From a virus, in the IMG/VR virus record IMGVR_UViG_3300013306_000002, positions 18,647-82,646 of that record: a stretch of 64,000 nt of DNA; one strand, 5' to 3'. This document shows, in pieces, positions 1 through 9,574 of this stretch. The notes beneath the pieces are model-generated. The model had not been told where the DNA came from. It was given only the letters and a program-made list of their open reading frames with translations, and did no database searches. Position 1 is the first letter of the stretch, and the number at the start of each line of letters is the position of its first letter. Position numbers and translations under genes: made by a program.

Positions 1-137
1 TCTTCCAGACCGACCGGATCTGGACGCATGGCGCGACCCCGCTGCCGATTCGCGATGGGGTGTCGCTCAAGACCTCGCTTACGATTCCGGTCGACAACAT
101 CGCGGGCATGGTTCCCCAGCCGTTCCTGGAGCGCTAG
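1..137 (+). CDS. Partial hypothetical protein (3' end)
   Basis: Open frame from the window edge (FQTDRIWTHG...PFLER*) ending TAG at 135-137, just before the next ATG. Confidence 0.5.
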   Translation, partial: FQTDRIWTHGATPLPIRDGVSLKTSLTIPVDNIAGMVPQPFLER

Positions 138-140
138 GTA

Positions 141-893
141 ATGCTGGAGGCGACCGAAGTCATCATCCTGGCCCATGGCGCCGAGCGTCGCATGGGTGGC
201 CAGCAAGGCCCCCGCCAGCTCTTGCCGCTGCCCACGTGCGGTGGTGCGCCGATCCTATCGAGGACGCTGCGGCAACTGAGCGTGCTCTGGCCACAGGTCA
301 CCGCCACCGTGGTGGCGCCAATGGCTATCACGGACATGTTGTTCTCGCGCTGCCAGTGGCCGATCTATACCGTCTGTTTCGAGTTGCCGGCGCCCGGAAA
401 CTCGGCCCTGAAAGGCTTTGCTCGCTACCTCGAGCTCCGTGAGACTCAGGGGCGCCGATACCAGCGCACCATCGTGCTCCTGGGGGATGTGGTGTACTCC
501 TGGGACTGCCTACAGCAGATCTGGGAGATGTCCGCGGACTACGGGTTCGTCGGCACCCGAAACCTCTCGCTGTCGAAAGGCGACCTCTGGGGCGCTGGAT
601 GGTCAAGGCCGTACGAGGACTGGATGATGACCAAGTTGCGTGACGCCTTACTTCGGCATCCGCCGTTCGATGACGATCCCGAGCCGAGTCAACTCCGACG
701 CTGGATCAGCGGCATGCAGCGCGGGGATCTCGCGGACCATATCGCGAAACTGCGATGGGCGTCCCACTACGCATACGTGGACGACTACACGCACGACATC
801 GACATCCCGCACGATCTGGTGCTCCTACCCGATCTGTCCACGCTTGCGGCCGAGGACGATGCCAAGCACGGCGTGATCTGGACCAACCCGTGA
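141..893 (+). CDS. Nucleotidyltransferase-like (NTP_transferase / GT-A fold) protein
   Basis: VIILAHGAERRMGG..PRQLLPL...PILSRTLRQL resembles the GxGxRl..PK signature; LLGDVVY. Confidence 0.7.
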   Translation: MLEATEVIILAHGAERRMGGQQGPRQLLPLPTCGGAPILSRTLRQLSVLWPQVTATVVAPMAITDMLFSRCQWPIYTVCFELPAPGNSALKGFARYLELRETQGRRYQRTIVLLGDVVYSWDCLQQIWEMSADYGFVGTRNLSLSKGDLWGAGWSRPYEDWMMTKLRDALLRHPPFDDDPEPSQLRRWISGMQRGDLADHIAKLRWASHYAYVDDYTHDIDIPHDLVLLPDLSTLAAEDDAKHGVIWTNP

Positions 894-969
894 CTTGGCA
901 GATCTGGGCCGCCATCATCGGCTGTTTCATCGTCATCTGGGGCTGGCGGGATGCCAGTGGAAAGTCACC

Positions 970-1224
970 GTGAAGATCACGCAGCGCATCGACCGGGTTC
1001 TGTGGCCGTACTTGCGGAGCGGCCGGGTCTGCGCGACCCTGATGGTCGCCTATTTTCTAGGCAACGGCGTCATGGCGCTGCTCATGAAGCCGCTGTGGCT
1101 CGTGACGGTCTGCGACGTAGTAGCGCTGGCATTCGCCATGACATCCGTCGGGTCACGTCACAGGTACGTGCTATGGCGAGATTCACTCACTCGCGCGAGC
1201 CAGCGCAGGAGGATGTCGCAATGA
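970..1224 (+). CDS. Small membrane protein
   Basis: Two hydrophobic segments; GTGA overlap start. Confidence 0.45.
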   Translation: MKITQRIDRVLWPYLRSGRVCATLMVAYFLGNGVMALLMKPLWLVTVCDVVALAFAMTSVGSRHRYVLWRDSLTRASQRRRMSQ

Positions 1225-1667
1225 TCAACATCGTCACGGATCTGCTCGGCAAGCGAGTCACCGTCAGCATGTGGATGACCAAGGGCTCCGCGCGGGATGC
1301 CGATGGCGACATGGTCCGCCTCATCACTGGGATCGTTCGCGCGATCGGGTCGGGCCCCGACTGCTTCATGATCCTGGTGCAGACCGAGATCGCCCACAAG
1401 GGGACCCGCAAGGTCGGCGCGCTCACCATGTTCTCCATCGGCCCCAGGGGCGGAGTGGAGGTGGTGCCAGAGATCGAGCCCCCTGGAATGCTTCAGTACC
1501 GCGGATTGGGGGCTCGCCTGCGCAAGATCAGGGCGGGCAAGGCCACCGGAGACGAGGAGCAAGTCGTCCTGGATGCGATGGAGCAGCTCTGGTGGACACT
1601 ATCCCAGGACGAGCGGGATGCGCTCGACAAGGAGGAGCCGACCTCCGATCCGCCCGGGGGCCCATGA
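1221..1667 (+). CDS. Hypothetical protein
   Basis: AGGAGG RBS; ATGA overlaps at both ends. Confidence 0.6.
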   Translation: MINIVTDLLGKRVTVSMWMTKGSARDADGDMVRLITGIVRAIGSGPDCFMILVQTEIAHKGTRKVGALTMFSIGPRGGVEVVPEIEPPGMLQYRGLGARLRKIRAGKATGDEEQVVLDAMEQLWWTLSQDERDALDKEEPTSDPPGGP

Positions 1668-2656
1668 CGATCTGCCGCCCCATGATCGATCCTACGATCT
1701 CCGCGCACTACACGGGCGATGTCCGCGCGCTACTCAAGCGACTCCCCGACCGCTGCGTACAGACCTGCGTGACCTCGCCGCCCTACTGGGGACTTCGCTC
1801 GTACCTCGATGACGACGATCCGATGAAGGAGTTCGAGATCGGACTTGAGGGCACCCCGGAGGAATACGTGGCGGTCATGGTGGAGGTGTTCGAGAAAGTG
1901 CGCAGGGTGCTACGGGATGACGGGGCGCTGTGGCTCAACATGGGGGACTGCTACGTCACGAACCCTCGCGGACCGGGAGGCGCCGAGCAGTCGACTCTCG
2001 AGGGGACCAGCAACGCCAAGCGGAGAGCGAAGGGGTCGGTGGACCCAAAGAACCTGCGCAAGTATGGTCACCAGGGCGCCCTCAAGCACAAGGACCTCGT
2101 CGGCATCCCCTGGATGGCCGCGTTCGCGCTGCGCGCCGATGGCTGGTACCTCCGCAGCGAGGTCATCTGGCACAAGCCGTCACCGATGCCCGAGTCGGTC
2201 ACGGACCGGCCGACGAAGGCGCACGAGCAGATCTTCCTGCTGAGCAAGAGCGCGTCGTACTTCTACGACGCGGACGCGATCGCGGAGCCTGCCGTACGCG
2301 GTGCAGCCGGATCGCGCTTCGATACCGGGAAGACCGCCGAACATCAACTCCGGCGCTCGTCATCGCGTGAGCGAGATGAGGTTGACATCCGCAACAAGCG
2401 CTCGGTCTGGACCGTCGCATCGCAGCCCTACGCCGGCGCCCACTTCGCCACCTTCCCGCCCGATCTGATCGAGCCCTGCATCCTGGCCTGCTCTCGCCCC
2501 GGTGACCTCGTGCTGGATCCGTTCTTCGGGTCGGGCACCACGGGTCAGGTCGCAGAGAAGCACGAGCGGCTGTGGATCGGCTTCGACATCAACCCCAAGT
2601 ACGCTGAGCTCGCCAAGGAACGAACGGCACAACGCAGCTTGCCACTATCAAGATAG
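1664..2656 (+). CDS. DNA methyltransferase, N4-cytosine/N6-adenine (beta class, N6_N4_Mtase)
   Basis: VTSPPYW catalytic motif, LWLNMGD, IWHKPSPMPES, HFATFP, VLDPFFGSGTT SAM motif. Confidence 0.95.
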   Translation: MTICRPMIDPTISAHYTGDVRALLKRLPDRCVQTCVTSPPYWGLRSYLDDDDPMKEFEIGLEGTPEEYVAVMVEVFEKVRRVLRDDGALWLNMGDCYVTNPRGPGGAEQSTLEGTSNAKRRAKGSVDPKNLRKYGHQGALKHKDLVGIPWMAAFALRADGWYLRSEVIWHKPSPMPESVTDRPTKAHEQIFLLSKSASYFYDADAIAEPAVRGAAGSRFDTGKTAEHQLRRSSSRERDEVDIRNKRSVWTVASQPYAGAHFATFPPDLIEPCILACSRPGDLVLDPFFGSGTTGQVAEKHERLWIGFDINPKYAELAKERTAQRSLPLSR

Positions 2657-2669
2657 AAGGGAACTCTTC

Positions 2670-3137
2670 ATGAGAATTCTCGCGCTCGCACTCTGCATCG
2701 CCGCCTGCGTCAACGACGCTGCCACCGGAACATCCCGAGATCCGCTGTTGTTCGCCTCGGGGCCCAAGGCCTTCGAGGTGCTGGCCATGGCGCCGACGCT
2801 GCGCGGAATGGACCATCGCGCGATCGACTGCGGCGCGCCGGTCTCGGAGGCGGGGATTCTGACGTGCTCGCTGCTGGTGGCGTGCGCCCTGCCGATCGAT
2901 GTCTCCCTGGTGTCCGGCGGCATCGAATTCCCGGGTGACGCCGAACTCTTCACGAAGTGCCTGATGACAGTGTCCGCCGCGGAGATCTACGTGGCGTGGC
3001 TCATGGGACGACAACTCAGTCCGCGCGACCTCGCCCCGGCGTATAACAAGCTCAAGGGTCTGTTCTCTACGCGGATCGAGAAAGAGACCGCCAAAAGGGC
3101 GTACCTGCCGGCGCCTTCGTGGACGTCGCACGGGTGA
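2670..3137 (+). CDS. Putative lipoprotein
   Basis: MRILALALCIAAC signal with lipobox. Confidence 0.55.
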   Translation: MRILALALCIAACVNDAATGTSRDPLLFASGPKAFEVLAMAPTLRGMDHRAIDCGAPVSEAGILTCSLLVACALPIDVSLVSGGIEFPGDAELFTKCLMTVSAAEIYVAWLMGRQLSPRDLAPAYNKLKGLFSTRIEKETAKRAYLPAPSWTSHG

Positions 3138-3145
3138 GTGGACTC

Positions 3146-3995
3146 ATGGCCACGCGCAAGATCGAACAGGCGATGCTCCTGCCGCTCGGCGAGGATGCGA
3201 GCCTCCTGGACCACGTCAAGGATCTCCGTCCGCTCACCGATCTCGTCCTGCCGGATGAGCCCCGCGGCGCGCTGGATCGCATCCTGGCCGAGAATTACCG
3301 GGCTGCAGATCTGCAGGCGCGCGGCCTTCGCCCGGCCAACCGCCTCCTGTTCCGGGGGCCGCCCGGATGCGGCAAGACCGTGGCGGCCGGTGGCCTAGCG
3401 CTGGCGCTGGGTATTCCGCTGGTTGTTGTTCGGCTCGATGGCCTCATCGACCAGTACCTAGGGAACACCTCCAAGAACCTCCGCAAGGTGATCGACTTCG
3501 CCCACGCTCAGCGCGTGGTCCTGTTCCTGGATGAGGTGGACGCGATCGGGCGCGCGAGAAACGGCCGGCTTAATGACGTCGCGGAGATGAACCGCATCAC
3601 GAACTCGCTTTTGGTCATGCTCGAGGGGTTCGCGGTCCAGGCTCGCCCCTCCCCTTCCCTGCTGGTCGCCGCAACCAACCACCAGGACATGCTCGACGTG
3701 GCCATGGAGCGCCGGTTTGACCAGATCGTTCCCGAGGCCCACCGCCATCCAGGCAGCGGCGCTTCTGAAGCGGCTGGTAGAGCGCTACGACACCAGAACG
3801 ATTACCAAGCTGTCGCCGCCACCGTGGAAGGCATGGCCCAAACGACTGGCCGGGATGTCATTCGCGGACGTTGAGCGGCTGGCGCTTGACGCTGTCAAGT
3901 CGACCGCGATGGACGAGGCGCTAGGCATCGAACAGGCGCTGATTTCGGCGAAGACTACGCATAAGCGACGAGGGTCGCCGCGGGGACGGAGATGA
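3146..3995 (+). pseudogene. AAA+ ATPase (classic AAA clade), frameshifted near 3728
   Basis: GPPGCGKT Walker A, LFLDEVD Walker B, AATN sensor, RRFD arginine finger; the lid domain (FPRPT...GMSFADVERLALDAVK) continues in another frame (3717..3995). Confidence 0.8.
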
Positions 3996-4303
3996 CGGGA
4001 ATCGCCTGTCCCGTGTGCTCCGGGGATACCTACGTCCTTGAAACGAGGACCTGCGACGGACAGGTCCGGCGGCGTCGCGGTTGTGTCAACCGCCAGGGGT
4101 GCACCGGCCGGGTGACCACGGTGGAGATGGCGGTTCCCACATCGCGTCGAGGTCTCAAACTGCTGTCCGACATGGTCATCGCCCCAAAGCTACTCTTCGC
4201 GAAACTGCTGGAGTTGCAGTCCATGATCGCCGAGGTCCGCGGATGCATCTCCTTGGACCCAGCCATAGACGAAACGGCTCCAGAGACCGAGGCGCCACAA
4301 TGA
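3992..4303 (+). CDS. NrdR-like zinc-ribbon protein
   Basis: CPVC..DTYVLETR....VRRRRGC...C..RVTTVE. Confidence 0.75.
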   Translation: MTGIACPVCSGDTYVLETRTCDGQVRRRRGCVNRQGCTGRVTTVEMAVPTSRRGLKLLSDMVIAPKLLFAKLLELQSMIAEVRGCISLDPAIDETAPETEAPQ

Positions 4304-5541
4304 GCGCGCGCATCATCACGCTCCCGGCCGAGGCTGCCAAGATACTGATCGACAGCGGGCTGATGATCGTCGCCTCCGTGTCCGGCGGGAAGGACTCCAC
4401 CGCGCTGATCCTGGCGCTCTTGGAGGCCGTCGAGCGAGGCGAGATTCCACGCCACATGCTGCGGTTCGCGTTCGCCGACACCGGATGGGAGGCGCCCGAG
4501 ACCTACGCTTACCTGGACTACCTCCGCGAGAAGCTCGGCATCGAGATCGTGGTGGTGGGCGTGGAGGGCGGCATGCGCGCTCGCATCGCGCATCGTGCCG
4601 GATTCCCCGGCCGGATGCAGCGCTGGTGCACGCGCGAGCTCAAGATTGAGCCGCTGCGTGCCTACCATGACAGGTTGATCGAAGAGACCGGAATGGAGAC
4701 GGTGAGTGCCATGGGCATCCGGGCCGCCGAGAGCGAGTCCAGGGCCAAGATGGCGGAGTGGGAGGACGAGCCCGAAGGTCAGCGCTCGTGGGGCGGCTAC
4801 GTGTGGCGCCCTCTGCTGCAATGGACCATCGAGGACGTGCTCACCATTCACAACCGCCACGGCGTGAAGGTCAACCCGCTCTACCAGCGGGGCCACAACC
4901 GCGTCGGGTGCTACCCGTGCATCTTCGCCAGCAAGGAGGAGATCGCGCTCATCGCCGAGCATGCTCCCGACCGCATTGATGAGATCCGCCGACTCGAGGC
5001 GGACATGACAGCACTTCGAGCACAGCGAAACGAGGAGCGACCGGGGCGCTATACGCACGAAGCATCGTTCTTTCAAACCCAGCGCCAGGGGTTCACCGGA
5101 ATCGATGCGGTGGTGAAGTGGGCACGCACTGACCATGGTGGCAAGCAGTACGCGCTGTTCGCGCTACCCCCGCAGGGCGGATGCATGCGGTGGGGGATCT
5201 GCGACATGCCGGATGCCGAGGTAAGTCAGGAGCACCGAGACTGGGCTCAGGCCGCCGAGATCGTCATGGCGGAGCGCCCGGATCCGCTGGCGGTGAACCG
5301 GGCGGTCAGCGAGAACCCCGTCGAGGTCGCCCAGGCGTCCGAGGCGATCCGCGAGAAGCGCCGCGGCGAGCTCGATGACGAAGCAGATCCGGGGCGACCA
5401 TTCGTATGCGCCGTCTGTGGCTGGGAACAAGATTCCGATGTGCGGTGCTGTGGTCGGAGTACGTGTGGCTCGCCGCGCGTGGTCGCGATCTCGTTCGTCG
5501 AAAAAATATTTGGCCCTAACTGGCGAAGGAACTTCGAGTGA
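4300..5541 (+). CDS. PAPS-reductase family (PP-loop) protein with C-terminal Cys-rich extension
   Basis: SVSGGKDS, FADTGWE, RWCTRELK, GIRAAES..RA, RPLLQWT, NPLY..G..RVGCYPC. Confidence 0.92.
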   Translation: MSARIITLPAEAAKILIDSGLMIVASVSGGKDSTALILALLEAVERGEIPRHMLRFAFADTGWEAPETYAYLDYLREKLGIEIVVVGVEGGMRARIAHRAGFPGRMQRWCTRELKIEPLRAYHDRLIEETGMETVSAMGIRAAESESRAKMAEWEDEPEGQRSWGGYVWRPLLQWTIEDVLTIHNRHGVKVNPLYQRGHNRVGCYPCIFASKEEIALIAEHAPDRIDEIRRLEADMTALRAQRNEERPGRYTHEASFFQTQRQGFTGIDAVVKWARTDHGGKQYALFALPPQGGCMRWGICDMPDAEVSQEHRDWAQAAEIVMAERPDPLAVNRAVSENPVEVAQASEAIREKRRGELDDEADPGRPFVCAVCGWEQDSDVRCCGRSTCGSPRVVAISFVEKIFGPNWRRNFE

Positions 5542-6104
5542 TGCGCTGGCGCGAGTCATGGCGAGCGGACCCCGCCGGGCGCCGTATCGCCGACAACCAC
5601 TACAACCGCCAGAAGGTGGGCGCCAACCAGTTCGTGCCGCCCGGCCGGTGCGTGGTGCTGGTCATCCACGACCACCAGGTGGACGCCGCAGCGCTGTGGG
5701 TGACCTCGTGGCCGTTCGGCGAGTACGTGAAGCACGCATGGCCCGGTACCTGGGTGTGCTCAGCGTTCCGCAACCAGCGGCGTGACCTCTTCCTGTCCTC
5801 GGACCTGATCGTCGAGGCGCTGGCAGCGACGAGGTTCTACTGGGAGCCGCCGCCTGAGGGCATCATCACGTTCATCGACCCGTCCAAGACCAAGCACAAG
5901 CGGGATCCCGGGCGCTGCTTCCTGAAGGCGGGATTCCACGTGTCCGGGAAGGCCCCTGCCGGGGGCACCATGCGCCCTGTGTGCATCTGCGATGGTAAGC
6001 CCCCCCGGACGGCGGGCGGCCTCGTAGCGCTCCACATGGCCACGTCGAGGTTGCCAGCGGAATGCTCACCGCTGGGGGCGCAGGCGAGCCTGGGGCTTGG
6101 CTGA
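5538..6104 (+). CDS. Mom/GNAT-like putative DNA-modifying acyltransferase
   Basis: ADNHYNRQKVG..QFVPPGRCVVL, CSAFRN, SSDLI..A, ITFID, PGRCFLKAGF resemble phage Mom-like GNAT proteins. Confidence 0.55.
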   Translation: MMRWRESWRADPAGRRIADNHYNRQKVGANQFVPPGRCVVLVIHDHQVDAAALWVTSWPFGEYVKHAWPGTWVCSAFRNQRRDLFLSSDLIVEALAATRFYWEPPPEGIITFIDPSKTKHKRDPGRCFLKAGFHVSGKAPAGGTMRPVCICDGKPPRTAGGLVALHMATSRLPAECSPLGAQASLGLG

Positions 6105-6762
6105 ATCGAACAAGGAGATCGCGATGCAAACGACCGACGGCATTGTTCACATCCATCATGAGGCGGACTGGTCATCCACGGCGCTGGTGTCATGGCAACC
6201 GCCGGGAGTTGACCCAAGAGAAGTCTCCGTGGAGGCAGAGTTGCTGTGGGGCGACAACCACGGCCTGAGCCCAGATCTTCGGCTCCCTGCGCCTGTTCAT
6301 GTCAGGGCAGTTCGACTGGCGACTCGAGGTCGCGCGCAGTGGGAGCACGATCAGGTGCTGTCGCGTCCCGTTCCCGGGCGGGTGATGGTTCCGTGGTCCG
6401 CGCGCGACACGGAGAAGCGGCACGACCCGACCGATGCATGGCTGTTCGATATCGCCCTCGCGAATGACAGTTCCGGTCCCAGGGCGCCACGCCGGCGGAT
6501 CCCCGTGGGGTGGGTGGAGAACGTCGCGATCGCGATGTTCAACAACGGCCTCACCTCCAAGCCGTCCTCGGTCCTCGTCGACATCGGAGCGCCTCGCCGT
6601 GACCCCTGCACCTGCGGGAAGGCGTTCCATGACGGCGGGTGTCCGCAGGACGAGGTCTTCCCCAGGATCGGGCGACTCGCCATCAACCTGCAGCGAATCG
6701 ACAGGTTCATCGAGACGATGCAGGCGGCGAAGACTTCGACGGAACGGATCTTCGTCCCATGA
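6097..6762 (+). CDS. Hypothetical protein
   Basis: ORF in a coupled operon; AAGGAG upstream of an internal ATG. Confidence 0.5.
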   Translation: MAESNKEIAMQTTDGIVHIHHEADWSSTALVSWQPPGVDPREVSVEAELLWGDNHGLSPDLRLPAPVHVRAVRLATRGRAQWEHDQVLSRPVPGRVMVPWSARDTEKRHDPTDAWLFDIALANDSSGPRAPRRRIPVGWVENVAIAMFNNGLTSKPSSVLVDIGAPRRDPCTCGKAFHDGGCPQDEVFPRIGRLAINLQRIDRFIETMQAAKTSTERIFVP

Positions 6763-7274
6763 CCGAGGCCGACCTCCCCGGGAGGACGCCAGGCGCCCAG
6801 CGCCTGATCCGCGAGAACGGGCACATGATCGAGATCACCACGACTGCCGAGACGGGCTTCCACTCGGGGCGCGCTCGATACCGCCTGGAGTGTATCGACT
6901 GCGGGACCGTCTACAGCGCTGCCGTTATCCACGAGGCGACCACCGGCCCGGTCGAGCTCGTCAACCAGCACATCCAGAGCCGGCCGCGCATCTGGGTCGA
7001 TGGGCTCGACTGGAACAACACCGGACGCTGGGCCGTGGTCATGCTGATCGCCGGTTCCTCAGGGGAGGGGTGGACCGTCCACGCGTCCATCGGCGTGTCG
7101 CGGTGGGAATCTCAGGAGTACGCGACCGCGTACGCTGAGCGACGGCGCAAGGCTGGACTGGTTGCCACTGCGGTCCTCGATTGGGGCGACGATCTGAAGC
7201 AAGAGCACCTGTTCACCAACGCACGCGTGCGCGCCGCGCTGGAGGCCCAGGGCGTCTCGTTCCGGGGGTCGTGA
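6759..7274 (+). CDS. Hypothetical protein with CxxC
   Basis: ATGA overlap; LECIDCG. Confidence 0.55.
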   Translation: MTEADLPGRTPGAQRLIRENGHMIEITTTAETGFHSGRARYRLECIDCGTVYSAAVIHEATTGPVELVNQHIQSRPRIWVDGLDWNNTGRWAVVMLIAGSSGEGWTVHASIGVSRWESQEYATAYAERRRKAGLVATAVLDWGDDLKQEHLFTNARVRAALEAQGVSFRGS

Positions 7275-7519
7275 TGCGAGAGTTCCTGCAGCAGCTCGCG
7301 GCTCGCCACGGCCTCAGCGCCGCTGCGCTGTTCGAGGCGTGGGCGGAGCGGGCGGCAATCCGCCAGCACCTCGCGGGATTCGGCCTGCGCGCGGCTGAAC
7401 TGTTCGCGATCGGCGACGTCGAGCAGATGTACAAGATCGGCCTGCATTGTCCGGAGTCCCTGCAGCGGTGGGTGAAGGGCGGCGATCGCGTCCGCCCATC
7501 CAAGGCGGCGACCGAGTGA
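7274..7519 (+). CDS. Small phage protein (ERAAIR motif)
   Basis: W.ERAAIRQ..AGF..RAAE motif common in phage small proteins; TGATG coupling. Confidence 0.6.
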   Translation: MREFLQQLAARHGLSAAALFEAWAERAAIRQHLAGFGLRAAELFAIGDVEQMYKIGLHCPESLQRWVKGGDRVRPSKAATE

Positions 7520-7941
7520 TGGCGGAGTTGATCGCCTACGCCGTGCGCACGGGGACCAAGCGGAACCTTGCTGGGCTCCGCGAGCTCGGGTGGCGACTGC
7601 TCGTTTCGGCGGCCGGGGTGCAGAGTACCGAGGGCTTCGAGGACCTGGGCATCGCGCTCGACAACGGCGCGTGGTCAGCGCGCGGCACCGGCGAGTACCC
7701 GGACCGCCTGAAGCGGTTGTTCATCCGACTGGTGGTGACGCTCGGCTCGATCGCCGACTGGGCGGTCCCGCCTGACATCGTCGCTGGCGGCACGGCGTCC
7801 CTCAACCTGTCGCTGCACTGGTTACCCTGGGTGCTCAAGCACTGCCGCCGCGCGCTGCTGGCCGTGCAAGACGGGATGGTCGTTGACCAGGTCCGCCCGC
7901 ACCTGGGTCCTGATGTCGGGGTGTTCGTGGGGGGAACCTGA
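7519..7941 (+). pseudogene. Truncated DpdA/TGT-like (deazaguanine transglycosylase fold) protein
   Basis: ALDNGAWS, PDIVAGG..SL, LAVQDG, GVFVGGT then stop; about half of the expected barrel. Confidence 0.55.
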
Positions 7942-7946
7942 TCCCC

Positions 7947-8225
7947 ATGACCGCTATCACGCGATGCGGGAAGTGCCTTCGGCGTGGCGAACACACATGG
8001 TGGTGTCCCGAGACTGAGATCGAAGTGGCGTGGGCGACGCTGGTGCGGATGGGATTCGCCACACCCGAGAGGGCGTTTCGCACTGGTTACGCCTTGGGCC
8101 TGCTGCACACTCGACTTGACCCAGCACCAGCGGCGGTCGGCCACGCACTGCTTGAACTGTCCCCGGCGGATTTAGTCAGGGTGCAGGCGTTTGCATCAGG
8201 GCCCTTCCTGGATGATACTAAATAG
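7947..8225 (+). CDS. Hypothetical protein
   Basis: ORF with N-terminal CxxC..H...C. Confidence 0.45.
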   Translation: MTAITRCGKCLRRGEHTWWCPETEIEVAWATLVRMGFATPERAFRTGYALGLLHTRLDPAPAAVGHALLELSPADLVRVQAFASGPFLDDTK

Positions 8226-8238
8226 TAATTTAGTATCA
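8213..8238. promoter_or_regulatory. AT-rich perfect inverted repeat (operator or recombination site)
   Basis: TGATACTAAAT-agta-ATTTAGTATCA in otherwise GC-rich DNA. Confidence 0.6.
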
Positions 8239-8277
8239 CGATTCCACCATAACCACGTGATTTCAAGGAGTTAGAGC

Positions 8278-8673
8278 ATGTCCAAGGGGTTCGCGATCGA
8301 GTTCTCCGCCGTGACGTTCTTTTCCGAGGACGGCGACGAGCACAACACCATCCACCGCTTCCGCGTGCTGGTGAAGGACGAGGCGATCACGGCCTACGTC
8401 GCCTACGCCGGACCCTTCGGCGAGGGATGGGCGCGGATCGTCGATGACGAGGCCAGGGCGACCCGCGCGGATCTGCGTTCCTGCTCATGGACGGCGCCGT
8501 GCCACGAGAACCGGGTCATCGCGCTGGCGTTCGATGGCTACCACGAGTATTGGGCGGCACGGCTCCGGGCGCGGGTCGCGCCCTGCTCGATGATCCCACC
8601 GCCCTCCGATTGGAGCACGGAAGACAAGGGGCTCACGATCATCGACATCGGCACCATCAAGAGGGAGGCGTAG
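8278..8673 (+). CDS. Hypothetical protein
   Basis: AAGGAG RBS, ATG. Confidence 0.65.
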   Translation: MSKGFAIEFSAVTFFSEDGDEHNTIHRFRVLVKDEAITAYVAYAGPFGEGWARIVDDEARATRADLRSCSWTAPCHENRVIALAFDGYHEYWAARLRARVAPCSMIPPPSDWSTEDKGLTIIDIGTIKREA

Positions 8674-8676
8674 GCC

Positions 8677-9267
8677 ATGGACCTTGCGGACTGCGAGGCC
8701 TTGCGCCAGATGGTCTTCGCTGGCGACCGCGCGCTGTTCGACGGCCGGCCGCCCCGGACGCGCTCGTGCTCCACGTGTCACATTGGGGCCGTGCCCGATC
8801 CGTACTGCTTGGCGCCCCTGGACGCCGCCGTGAAGGGTGCGCCGGTGACCTCGGTCATGGCGATCACCGTCGGCTCCGCGGACATCTTCGAGACGACACG
8901 CGAGGCGCGCGAGATTGCCGACGCTCAAGCTGAGCAACGTCGCGCTACACCACCTCGGCCTGACCATCTTCGGCAACCCCAAGCATACGATGGCCCGCGG
9001 CAAGCACCGCATCCCGGCCGACCAGCAACCCATTCCCTGGATCTGAAAGGTGCACATCATGAGGAAGGCCATCAGGGCTCTCGGAATACTCGCGTGGATC
9101 GCTGTTTCCTCCCTGGCTACGGCGCTCATCCAGTCCTGGATGATGCAGTGCCTGTGGCGGTGGTTTCTCGCCCGCGAGTACGGGCATGGGCCCTCAATGG
9201 GAGCATGGTTCGGAGTCGCCACGATCACTGGCTTCGTGGTCCACAAGAGCACCAGGAACGGGACTAA
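8677..9267 (+). CDS. Hypothetical protein (3' part overlaps the next gene, doubtful)
   Basis: GGAGG RBS; plausible N-terminal half. Confidence 0.35.
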   Translation: MDLADCEALRQMVFAGDRALFDGRPPRTRSCSTCHIGAVPDPYCLAPLDAAVKGAPVTSVMAITVGSADIFETTREAREIADAQAEQRRATPPRPDHLRQPQAYDGPRQAPHPGRPATHSLDLKGAHHEEGHQGSRNTRVDRCFLPGYGAHPVLDDAVPVAVVSRPRVRAWALNGSMVRSRHDHWLRGPQEHQERD

Positions 9268-9400
9268 GACCGAGGACGACAAGTCCATCGACGAACTCGT
9301 TTGGGACGGGGTCCGCGAGACAGTCGGCCTGTGGATAGGTTGCGTGATCATCCTGGGTATCGCATGGTGCGTCGGCGCGTTTATGGGGTGGGGCCCGTGA
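9059..9400 (+). CDS. Membrane protein (3 TM)
   Basis: Three hydrophobic helices; LWRWF motif. Confidence 0.65.
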   Translation: MRKAIRALGILAWIAVSSLATALIQSWMMQCLWRWFLAREYGHGPSMGAWFGVATITGFVVHKSTRNGTKTEDDKSIDELVWDGVRETVGLWIGCVIILGIAWCVGAFMGWGP

Positions 9401-9574
9401 CGCGCCTCCTGCTCGCCTCCATTTTGGCCGCGCTCCTGTGGTGCTGCGCCGAACTGCGCCACTTGAAGCAGCAGCGCCAGAGGCCCGCGACCTCGAACCC
9501 CTGGCCGACCACCATCCACTACTACGTGCCGGACGGCACCTGCATCAACGTGCGGAACCCTGACGGAGGACGAG

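Noticed and set aside
3146-3995. Genome-packaging ATPase
   Set aside because: The motifs are classic AAA (AATN, RRFD), not A32/FtsK or terminase
4030-5136. Long antisense or alternative-frame ORFs (also 16131..17282, 24012..25226, 29120..30469, 41898..42947, 53481..54644, 56815..57840)
   Set aside because: Shadow ORFs of well-supported genes in high-GC DNA, with no motifs
4300-5541. Dnd/Ssp phosphorothioation system or sulfate-assimilation cysH
   Set aside because: No dndA/B/D/E, ssp or cys pathway neighbours; stand-alone phage-type PAPS-reductase domain
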